This document shows positions 1-8,078 of a stretch of 64,000 nucleotides of DNA, piece by piece. Within the stretch, counting starts at the first letter, position 1; the number at the start of each line of letters is the position of its first letter. Source of the stretch: an uncultured delta proteobacterium (GTDB lineage: Bacteria; Desulfobacterota; Syntrophobacteria; BM002); NCBI GenBank assembly GCA_963712115.1, contig CAVQGX010000038.1, forward strand, positions 1-64,000, in the 5' to 3' direction. Position numbers and translations under genes: made by a program. The notes below the pieces were generated by a model that was given only the letters and a program-made list of their open reading frames with translations, was not told the DNA's origin and did no database searches.

Positions 1-273
1 GAAACAATAGAGCTTGCCCACTGTGGCCACAAAGCTGATGCCGGAGTCCACAGGTTCGCGATCAACCACGTCCTTACAGATAGCTGCCACAGAAACCTCC
101 AGCTTATCAGTCTCCTGCGCCTGCATTGCAGGTTCTTGCATCTCGCCGGTGGGTTCTTTGGTCTGCATGGCAGGTTCTTGTGCCTGACCGCTAGACTGCT
201 GAGCCTGACAGATAGCGTGCAGGCCCATAAACATGGTTACCAGAACCAAAATGGGAATGATTAGCCTCTTCAT
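1..273 (-). CDS. Exported protein, DUF2914-like; 5' part only, runs off window edge
   Basis: Manual translation MKRLIIPILVLVTMFMGLHAICQAQQ...VAAICKDVVDREPVDSGISFVATVGKLYCF; signal peptide, QEPAM repeats; ggag RBS upstream of ATG at 273. Confidence 0.7.
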   Translation of the reverse strand, partial: MKRLIIPILVLVTMFMGLHAICQAQQSSGQAQEPAMQTKEPTGEMQEPAMQAQETDKLEVSVAAICKDVVDREPVDSGISFVATVGKLYCF

Positions 274-314
274 GTCGGTTATCTCCTTGCTTTGGAAGTT
301 TACCTTTTCATGAC

Positions 315-343
315 TAGCCCGGATGTTTGATGAATCCGGGCTA
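315..343. mobile_element. Minimal (internally deleted) copy of the TAGCCCGGAT-TIR MITE family
   Basis: tagcccggat...atccgggcta, same termini as 30455-30696 and 36390-36607. Confidence 0.6.
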
Positions 344-397
344 CTATTCGAGGCAAAATAGCACATGTTCATACAATATAGCAAATCAGTGGGCACC

Positions 398-655
398 AGC
401 GCTTCGCTCGAAACGAGCTTCGGCGTCATCAGGTCACTACGCTGCGCTGTCATTGGGCATGGAGCAGAGGGTAGATTGTAGATTGCGGATTTGGGAATTA
501 GAAAATTAGAGAATTAGTTAATTAGTAGCTTCGCCAGGTTATGGGTGATGGGTCGTTCAAGTCGTTGAAACCGTTGAAATCGTTCACACGGCTTACCGCT
601 TACCTTTACCGTTTACCGTTTACCAAAATAAAAAGCTAGATCGAAGCTCCTCCGT
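398..655 (+). repeat. Mosaic short-tandem-repeat array
   Basis: gtcatcaggtcactacgctgcgctgtcatt module, gattgcg, aattagag, gttgaaatc and ttaccgt runs. Confidence 0.85.
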
Positions 656-698
656 GTTCCTAGAGAAATGGATAACCACTGACTATCTTACTTATCAT

Positions 699-727
699 TT
701 GACAAAAACTTCTATATCTAATAGTTT
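699..727 (+). promoter_or_regulatory. Sigma-70-type promoter upstream of the hxlB operon
   Basis: TTGACA (699-704), 17 nt spacer, TAGTTT (722-727). Confidence 0.6.
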
Positions 728-737
728 TTAAGATAAT

Positions 738-950
738 CTCCCATTGCGGAGGTCAAACCGCTTGGATCCACTGGGGTTGGACTGAGACGGGAAGGCTTCT
801 CCCACTTAAAAGAACTTTTGAGTAAGCCCTCTCGACTTGGCCGAGAGGGCTTTAGTTCTTCTGGCTTTACTGCCTTTCACGAATCTATCCGCCTTTTCCC
901 TTCCGGTCTCAGCGTGGCGCCCATTTGACGGTGAAATGAATATGTGGGAA
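738..950 (+). ncRNA. Candidate rod-like structured RNA / 5' leader (unassigned)
   Basis: Nested complementary segments: 752-757/924-929, 782-795/899-912, 810-816/854-860, 824-834/842-852. Confidence 0.4.
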
Positions 951-1031
951 TTGGGCTCCAAGGTTGCTTGGGAGCTATCACAGTCAATTGAGACCCTGGT
1001 TTTTCTTGCTTATTATTGATGAGAGGTTCCA

Positions 1032-1634
1032 ATGAGGCGAAAACTGAAACCGACAGCCCACCCAAAGGTGGCAGGGCTGTCTATTCACCAAAAGGTCGAG
1101 GCCATCCTGGAAGAAAACCACCGTTTGCTGCAGGGCCTCAGCGACAAGACGGTGGAGGATTTTATCCACAGGATTCTGGGCGCCAGAGCCATTTTTTTCT
1201 CCGCTCAGGGAAGATCGGGTTTTATTCTTCGCTGTTTTTGCATGCGGCTGATGCATCTTGGCTACCAAGTCTATTTTTGCGGCGAAACCATCACACCCGC
1301 CATTGAACCGGAAGATATGCTCATCGTTCTCAGCGGCTCCGGAGAAACCCCCTCGACCCTCGAGGCGGTAAAGGTCGCCAAGAGACAGAAGGCTTTCACC
1401 TTCGGCGTCGTGGGAAACATAGAATCCCGGATAGCCTCGCTAGTGGACAGATATATCCATCTTCCCGGCACTACCAAGCTCCGCCGTGATTCTGAACCCT
1501 ACTCATTGCAAATGGCCGGCTCCCTGTTTGAACAAGCTGCTTTCATTTTCCTGGAGGCCATCATTTTGACCCTACACCAGGAAGGACTGGAAAGAGTCGA
1601 CAGTTTGTCTCCACGACACGCTGTGATCGAATAA
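1032..1634 (+). CDS. hxlB: 6-phospho-3-hexuloisomerase (SIS domain, RuMP pathway)
   Basis: GRSG...MRLMHLG, GETITPAI, SGSGET, GSLFEQ, C-terminal RHAVIE. Confidence 0.9.
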   Translation: MRRKLKPTAHPKVAGLSIHQKVEAILEENHRLLQGLSDKTVEDFIHRILGARAIFFSAQGRSGFILRCFCMRLMHLGYQVYFCGETITPAIEPEDMLIVLSGSGETPSTLEAVKVAKRQKAFTFGVVGNIESRIASLVDRYIHLPGTTKLRRDSEPYSLQMAGSLFEQAAFIFLEAIILTLHQEGLERVDSLSPRHAVIE

Positions 1635-1647
1635 GGAGGGGTATAGA

Positions 1648-2934
1648 ATGAAACCAATCCTGCAGTTGGCTCTGGATTTTGTGGACCTGAAACGGGCCTT
1701 AAAAAACGCGCAGGCCGGGATAGCGGGAGGAGTTGACTGGCTTGAGGCTGGGACCCCTCTTATCAAAAGTGAGGGACTCAAAGCTGTCCGGGAGTTGCGC
1801 GGGCTGTTTCCGCAGACCACCATCGTGGCAGATATGAAAATCATGGATACCGGGCGGGTTGAGGTTGAAGCCGCTGCCAAGGCCGGTGCCAATATCGTTG
1901 ATGTGCTCGGCGCAGCCAGCGATGCGACCATCCGGGAGTGCATCCAGGCTGGCAAGAATTATGGCGCCAAGATCGTGGTGGATATGATCGCAGTAGACGA
2001 TGTGCTCTCCAGGGCACAGTTCGTGGAGGAACTTGGGGCCGACTTTGTGACCATCCACTGCGCTGTTGACGAGCAGATGGAAGGAAAGGACCCTTTCGCC
2101 ATTTTAAGACAGGTCAGCAAGATATTGACCATCCCGGTGGGCGTGGCCGGCGGCATCAACTCTGAGACCGCTGCAGAGGCGGTGAAAGCCGGCGCTGCTA
2201 TTGTCATTGTCGGTGGTGCCATCAGCAAGGCCCTGGACCCGGAACAGGCGGCTCGTGAGATCCGTCAAGGACTCGACACCGGTGTGAGCATCAGCACCAC
2301 CCTGTTTAAGAGAAAGGGCGAGGCTGAGATCAGGGAAATTCTTGAACAGGTGTCTGCGGCCAATCTTTCCGATGCACTGCACCGCGGCGGAGTCCTTCAG
2401 GGAATTCGGCCACTTTTCCCTGGCATCCGCATGGTGGGACGAGCACTCACCGTTAGGACCTATCCAGGAGATTGGGCCAAACCTGTCCAGGCCATTGACC
2501 TGGCCGAACCAGGAGACGTGATCGTGATAGACGCCGGGGGTGTGGGTCCTGCCCTTTGGGGAGAGTTGGCTACCCATTCCGCTGTGCAAAAGGGGTTGGC
2601 CGGGGTAGTCATCGATGGTGCCCTGCGAGATAGTGATGAGATCACAGCCCTCAAATTTCCAGCCTTTAGCAGGCTGGTCATGCCTAATGCCGGCGAGCCC
2701 AAAGGTTTTGGGGAAATTGGGGTGCCAGTGACAGTTGGCAATATGCGGGTGGAGTCTGGAGACTGGTTATTGGGTGATGGCGATGGTGTGGTGGTGTTGC
2801 CCCGAGCCATGTCAGTTGAGTACGCGAACCGTGGGATGGATGTGCTGGAGAAAGAAAATCGCATCCGTGAGGAGATCAAAGAGGGGAGCACTTTGAGTAA
2901 AGTAACCGAATTGCTGCGCTGGGAAAAGAAGTAG
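1648..2934 (+). CDS. hxlA: 3-hexulose-6-phosphate synthase fused to a C-terminal RraA/HMG-aldolase-like domain
   Basis: LQLALD, EAGTPLIKSEG, ADMKIMDTG, VAGGI; C-terminal WGELA...DGALRD and GDGDGVVV. Confidence 0.9.
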   Translation: MKPILQLALDFVDLKRALKNAQAGIAGGVDWLEAGTPLIKSEGLKAVRELRGLFPQTTIVADMKIMDTGRVEVEAAAKAGANIVDVLGAASDATIRECIQAGKNYGAKIVVDMIAVDDVLSRAQFVEELGADFVTIHCAVDEQMEGKDPFAILRQVSKILTIPVGVAGGINSETAAEAVKAGAAIVIVGGAISKALDPEQAAREIRQGLDTGVSISTTLFKRKGEAEIREILEQVSAANLSDALHRGGVLQGIRPLFPGIRMVGRALTVRTYPGDWAKPVQAIDLAEPGDVIVIDAGGVGPALWGELATHSAVQKGLAGVVIDGALRDSDEITALKFPAFSRLVMPNAGEPKGFGEIGVPVTVGNMRVESGDWLLGDGDGVVVLPRAMSVEYANRGMDVLEKENRIREEIKEGSTLSKVTELLRWEKK

Positions 2935-2949
2935 ACGAGTATTTGAGAC

Positions 2950-3885
2950 ATGGAAATTGTGGTCGTAGGCCCCGGAGCTATTGGTTGTCTATTCGCCGCG
3001 TACCTGGCCAGGGCTGGCAGTGCGGTCTGGCTGCTTGATCATCGGCCCGAACGGGCCAAGCAGATCGGGGAAAGAGGAATTACGGTCGAGTCAGAGAGAG
3101 GTGACTTCCATGCCCAAATGAAAGTGACGGCGAAACCAGCCGAGATCAGATCGGCAGATTTGCTGATTCTGTGCGTCAAGGCCAATAACACCGCAGATGC
3201 TGCGGCTAGGCTGCAGGGCACAATTGCTCCCCAGGGTCACCTCTTAACCCTGCAAAATGGCCTGGGCAATGTAGAGAGACTTGGCGAGTTTTTTGACAGT
3301 TCTCGGATTCTTGCCGGAGCAACGTCCCATGGTGCCACCTTGCTGGATGTGGGACGTGTCCGCCATGCTGGCTACGGAGAGATATGGATAGGAGAGACGG
3401 GTGGGACCAGTTCGAGCCTGGCGGGCAGGGAGAAGCTCCAAAATCTGGCGGCCACCTTGAACAGGGCTGAATTACAAGCTCAAGTGGTTGATGACATTGA
3501 AGCGGTTTTGTGGCGAAAGTTGGTGGTGAATGTTGGCATTAACGCTCTTACCGCTATTCTGGGCGTGCCAAATGGCGAGCTGCTGAGAATCCACGACTGC
3601 GCGAGTTTGATGAATGGAGCGGTGGCAGAAGCTGTCGAGGTGGCGCGCCATTGCGGCATCAATCTGAACCCGACGGAAGAGATTGAAAGGGTCAGAGCCG
3701 TGTGCCGCTCCACCACCAGCAATATCTCTTCCATGCTCCAGGATGTAAGGCGGAAAAAGAAGACAGAAATAGACCAACTCAACGGTGTCGTGGTCAAAAT
3801 GGCCGCCATTTATGGAACGACGGCCCCGGTTAACGAAGTACTTACCGCCCTAGTCCGGAGCCTCGAGGCAGGATACAGTGGTTGA
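2950..3885 (+). CDS. panE: 2-dehydropantoate 2-reductase (ketopantoate reductase)
   Basis: GPGAIG, LQNGLG, WRKLVVNVGINAL, SSMLQD, TEIDQLNG. Confidence 0.9.
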   Translation: MEIVVVGPGAIGCLFAAYLARAGSAVWLLDHRPERAKQIGERGITVESERGDFHAQMKVTAKPAEIRSADLLILCVKANNTADAAARLQGTIAPQGHLLTLQNGLGNVERLGEFFDSSRILAGATSHGATLLDVGRVRHAGYGEIWIGETGGTSSSLAGREKLQNLAATLNRAELQAQVVDDIEAVLWRKLVVNVGINALTAILGVPNGELLRIHDCASLMNGAVAEAVEVARHCGINLNPTEEIERVRAVCRSTTSNISSMLQDVRRKKKTEIDQLNGVVVKMAAIYGTTAPVNEVLTALVRSLEAGYSG

Positions 3886-3906
3886 GCAAACGGGATTCAT
3901 GAATTT

Positions 3907-4581
3907 TTAGAAACGGAATGATATCCCAGTCAAGAAATGATGGGTATCTAGAGGGGTCTCCACTTTCAGCCTGGTACGGGGCTCAAACCCAAGAATCCAT
4001 TCCTCGGTTTCATCTTTATAATTTATTTTATAGTGGGTGTAGCGATACTCCCCGAATATGCCTAAGTTTCTGTGGAACTGCCACAGGAGACCCGCCCGAA
4101 AGTCCCAGCCGTTCTCCAAACTCCAATCGGAAACTCTCTCCGAAACTGCCGGTCGAAAATCTACCTTCATATCATAGTAGATTAGGCTCGGACCCCCAGC
4201 CAGGTAAGGCTGAAGTTTGCCGTGAGGATAATCTTCACTAGTTAGTAAGGGCCATCGGAACATAAACAAGAGTGACAAGGGAACTATGGAGAAGTCCACT
4301 TTTTCGGAATCTGCTTGGAAATAAGACAAGTCCCACGCAAGGCCAAGATAGTATAAAGAATCCGGCCAGTAGGCAATCCGACCTCCAAAGGTAAATGAGG
4401 TGTCGTAGCTTGTTTTTTCAGAAGCGCTTTCCCTAGGAAAGTAACTGTCAACCTTTACCTCAGAGCCATCAGTAATTGCTGCCCCAAGGTAAAAGTCCGT
4501 AGACAATTCGGCTCGTATAAGAGTGGGGGTTACACCTATAAGAGCAAACACAGTAACTGACAAGAACAGTTTATAACTCAA
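3907..4581 (-). CDS. Outer membrane beta-barrel protein
   Basis: Signal peptide, alternating aromatic strands, PYLAGG, C-terminal ISFRF. Confidence 0.75.
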   Translation of the reverse strand: MSYKLFLSVTVFALIGVTPTLIRAELSTDFYLGAAITDGSEVKVDSYFPRESASEKTSYDTSFTFGGRIAYWPDSLYYLGLAWDLSYFQADSEKVDFSIVPLSLLFMFRWPLLTSEDYPHGKLQPYLAGGPSLIYYDMKVDFRPAVSERVSDWSLENGWDFRAGLLWQFHRNLGIFGEYRYTHYKINYKDETEEWILGFEPRTRLKVETPLDTHHFLTGISFRF

Positions 4582-5009
4582 CTGTTACCCTCCGTTGGTT
4601 GGTTTCCCCTCTATGGCAAGTGACCATCTGCCTGGATTTAAGTATGTTGCGGGCTTGCTCGTAACTCCTGTGTTGCTTTGTCATTATGGCAATCCACATG
4701 CCACGAGCGGTCTTTCTCTTCCATTCAAGTTTCGGTTCGTCATCTCTGGTCAATCTGCAACCAGTTTGCAAGTATAATAATGCTGTAAACACAAGGTTTT
4801 ATGTTGGATCCGGTAGAAACAAGTCTTAGTTGAATAATGTTCAGACTCTTTTTATGAATTACGATACAAGATTGAGGAATAGAAAGGTGAAGGGTGCAAT
4901 AAATATTGACAGGATTTTCGGTAATTCTGAGATAACTAATTAAATAAGATGTTTCCAGCATAGCAAGGAATTTTGACAGTGCAAGAAAAGTTGCGTTGTC
5001 ATGTGCCTG

Positions 5010-5140
5010 CGGTGTCATTTGGCTACGCCGTCATTAGGTCACTACGCTTCGCTGTCATTGGGCAGAGGGTTGGAGGTTGGAGGAGCGCTACGCTCGAGGT
5101 TGGAGGCAGATCTCTGCGGATTGCGGATTTGGGATGTGGG
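5010..5140 (+). repeat. Mosaic repeat array
   Basis: gtcattaggtcactacgcttcgctgtcatt, ggttgga and gcggatt runs. Confidence 0.8.
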
Positions 5141-5241
5141 GCCGTCCTCAGTTTTACTTGACAGGCTCGTAGGATCCGTGCCAGAGTCTGCCAACTTTTC
5201 CTCACTGGATAAACAGCTTTCATTAACTACGGGAGTAGATC

Positions 5242-6300
5242 GTGTCAGAGGATATCTATCGGGAGTTGGCTCAGCACTTGGACGACCTGCCAGGCGGCTT
5301 TCCCTCCACGGAGAGCGGCGTAGAACTGCGCATATTGCGGCGGCTTTTCACCCCGGAAGAAGCGGAACTGGCTTTACACCTGACCCTGTTTCCTGAAGAG
5401 TCTGAAATCATCGCCGGCCGGGCCGGGATTGACCAGGAGGAGGCTGCTCAACGTCTGGACAAGATGGCAAAAAAGGGACTTATCTACAGCATTGAACGAG
5501 ACGGCAAGCTGCCGAAATACAGAGCCAGCCAGTACATGGTTGGCATCTGGGAATTCCATGTCAATAGTCTCGACCTGGACCTTATCCGGGACACCAACGA
5601 ATACTTTCCCGCCCTCTTTCGTGAGGCCTGGAAGGTTCCCCAGTTACGTACCATCCCCGTGGGCCAAAGTCTTACCCCCCAGCACGAGGTGCTGCCCTAT
5701 GAGCAGGCAGAGGAACTGGTGCGGGCGCAGGACAAGATTGCGGTGGCTCCCTGCATATGTCGGCGGGAACACACCATGGTGGAAAAAGGTTGCGATCGAC
5801 CCAAGGAGACCTGCCTGGTATTTGGGTCGGGGGCGGACTACTATGTGAGAAATGGGTTGGGCCGATCGATCGACCTCGATGAAACCCTAAAAATCCTTAA
5901 CCTGGCTGAAGAAGCCGGATTAGTGCTGCAGCCGAGCAACTCCAAAAAGGCGGCATTTATCTGCCTTTGTTGCGGCTGCTGTTGTCAGGTCCTCAAAAAC
6001 ATCAAACTTCAACCCAAACCCGCCAGCTTCGTCTGTTCACCATTTGTGGCTGCCGTCAACCTCGACACCTGTGAAGGTTGTGGCGACTGTGTAGACCGCT
6101 GCCAGATGGAAGCATTAGAGTTGGGTGAGAACACGGTAGCCCTGGATCTGGACCGCTGCATTGGCTGCGGCCTTTGCGTTACCACCTGCCCTACTGAGTC
6201 TCTTTCTATGGTGCGCAAGCCCGAGTCAGAACAGCCAGAGGTACCGAAAAACATGATTGAGGCTTCCTTGAAGCTGGGCAAGGCTCGAGAGAAGATCTGA
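5242..6300 (+). CDS. 4Fe-4S dicluster iron-sulfur protein with N-terminal HTH-like region
   Basis: CICR, CLCCGCCC, CEGCGDCVDRC, CIGCGLCVTTCP. Confidence 0.8.
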   Translation: MSEDIYRELAQHLDDLPGGFPSTESGVELRILRRLFTPEEAELALHLTLFPEESEIIAGRAGIDQEEAAQRLDKMAKKGLIYSIERDGKLPKYRASQYMVGIWEFHVNSLDLDLIRDTNEYFPALFREAWKVPQLRTIPVGQSLTPQHEVLPYEQAEELVRAQDKIAVAPCICRREHTMVEKGCDRPKETCLVFGSGADYYVRNGLGRSIDLDETLKILNLAEEAGLVLQPSNSKKAAFICLCCGCCCQVLKNIKLQPKPASFVCSPFVAAVNLDTCEGCGDCVDRCQMEALELGENTVALDLDRCIGCGLCVTTCPTESLSMVRKPESEQPEVPKNMIEASLKLGKAREKI

Positions 6301-6307
6301 GGGATAA

Positions 6308-6575
6308 AAGGCAGCGGGCAGCTAGCGCTTCGCGTCACTTGCCTTCGGCGTCATTAGGTCAATACGCTTCGCTGTCATTTGTTGTAAGAGGTAGGGGTCA
6401 GAGGTCGGAGAGTCACTAGGCACTAAGGACTAGGCACTGGGCACCAAAGCTCAGAGTCATTACGCTTCGCTGTCATTGGGTAAGAGCAAAGAGCATAGAG
6501 CAAAGGGCATAGAGTGAAGGATTTCGAATTTACCCTATGCCCCATGCCCTATGCCCCATGCCCAGTTCTACTGGC
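6308..6575 (+). repeat. Mosaic repeat array overlapping the larA 3' end
   Basis: gtcatt module x2, tcagagg, cactagg, agcatag and inverted ctatgcc runs. Confidence 0.85.
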
Positions 6576-7871
6576 AACAGGCAACGTCAGGAGCGCTTGA
6601 GGCACAATAAGCACGTCCAGTTCGTAGCGACCTATTTTCGATGCAGCCATACGGAAGGCTTCGTCCATGTCTGCAGCCGGGGTCATATGCAGCTGGCGCA
6701 CCACATCAGGTGTCACAGTTCCTGCGATGATGACCTGGGTCTTTTCCAGTACCTTGGCCATAATAAAAGCCCGTTGTCCCCCTGGAGGATAGCCGGTGCT
6801 ACGCAGTTCAGCTAGTAGAGAGTCCATATTGACGGCACCTTTCATCGTTTCCAGAAAAGACCGCTCACCGAAACCCTGACCGGCCCCTTCCTCCGTAGGG
6901 GCCGGGACAATAAAGACGCCTCCTTCCTTGACCACGCAAAGGGGAGCGAAAAAGAGCTGACTGGCGGCCCGGCTGGCCTGATAGATGTTTGTATCTTTTG
7001 GAAAGCCGACTCCGGCCACGGCCACGTCGTATTGTTGAGGAATAGGGACTTCGTATAGCTGTCTTGCAACCTTGACCAACTTCTCAAAGGTCGCTTCCGG
7101 TTCGCCAGCAAGAATTGCAACTGCCCGTTTGTGGTTATCCTGAACCACGTTGAGGATGAAGCTCAAGCCTGCACGGCGGGCAGCTTCTGTGATCGCTTGG
7201 TGGAAGGGATTGTCCTCGATCTTGCCCAGCCGTGTCCCGGGATTATCAACCATCTGGGGACCGTGTGTACTGGCGATCATTTGCTCACCTCCAGCACCAA
7301 TGGCCGCAGTCTTTCGGCCCCCTGAATAGCCGGCATACTGGTGCGGCTCGACAATCCCGGTAGCAATGAGCAAATCAGCTTCGCAAGCAATCTTATTTAC
7401 TGAAAGTGGGATACCCTTCTCAGTGGAACCCAAGTCTTTGAGTCCGGTCCGGTTTAACGGCTCGTGGTCCACCACCCTGTAGCGGTCGACGACTGCCTGC
7501 CCGAGCTTGACAACCTTCTCCTTCTGGGTGCTTGGCCTGTGCATGCCGATACCGCAGAGTAGGGTGATATCCTCATCACGCACCCCAGCCGTTTGTAACT
7601 CGGCCAAAAGGGCGGGTACCAGCAGATGATCTGGGCTATCCCGGGTGATATCGGTGAAAACAATGCAGACGGTATGGCCCGGTTTAGCCATTTTGCTCAA
7701 CGGTGGGGAATTGATGGGATTGGCTAATGCTTCAGCGATGGCCTCCTCCAAGTCGGCCAGCGGCTCCATCAACCGAGATTTTACGTAGGTGCCACGCATT
7801 TTTGCTGGCAACTCAAAATCCAGATAGGATTTGCCGAAAGGGATGCGGTACAGGGTTGTATTATTCTTCAT
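6549..7871 (-). CDS. larA: Nickel-pincer-dependent lactate racemase (LarA) family protein
   Basis: DITR, GMHR, EPHQYAGYSGGRK, NIYQASRA, C-terminal TLP. Confidence 0.8.
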   Translation of the reverse strand: MKNNTTLYRIPFGKSYLDFELPAKMRGTYVKSRLMEPLADLEEAIAEALANPINSPPLSKMAKPGHTVCIVFTDITRDSPDHLLVPALLAELQTAGVRDEDITLLCGIGMHRPSTQKEKVVKLGQAVVDRYRVVDHEPLNRTGLKDLGSTEKGIPLSVNKIACEADLLIATGIVEPHQYAGYSGGRKTAAIGAGGEQMIASTHGPQMVDNPGTRLGKIEDNPFHQAITEAARRAGLSFILNVVQDNHKRAVAILAGEPEATFEKLVKVARQLYEVPIPQQYDVAVAGVGFPKDTNIYQASRAASQLFFAPLCVVKEGGVFIVPAPTEEGAGQGFGERSFLETMKGAVNMDSLLAELRSTGYPPGGQRAFIMAKVLEKTQVIIAGTVTPDVVRQLHMTPAADMDEAFRMAASKIGRYELDVLIVPQALLTLPVASRTGHGA

Positions 7872-7914
7872 AAGTGGGTCGCTGAGCTTGAAAGTAATAA
7901 GAATCTTAACATAA

Positions 7915-8078
7915 GGTTGATTAGTTGATTCGTCAAATGGTCAAATCGTTGAAGTCGTCCAGTCCAGAGGTCAGAGGCCAGATGTCAGAAAACAGAGAGC
8001 AATTTACCGTTTACTGTTTACCGCTCACTGTTTACCGTATACCGCTTACCAAAATAAAAAATAAAAAAGCGGAGCCGA
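7915..8078 (+). repeat. Mosaic repeat array overlapping the 3' end of the PKD gene
   Basis: attagttg, gtcaaat, cagagg and ttaccgt runs; aaaaaagcggagccga. Confidence 0.8.

Noticed and set aside
765-860. TPP riboswitch (gggg...ctgaga)
   Set aside because: The downstream ACCTGA...GCGTAGGGAA core is absent.
3907-4581. Porin partner for a porin-cytochrome conduit
   Set aside because: It is a small barrel 10 kb away from the cytochrome locus with no linkage evidence.
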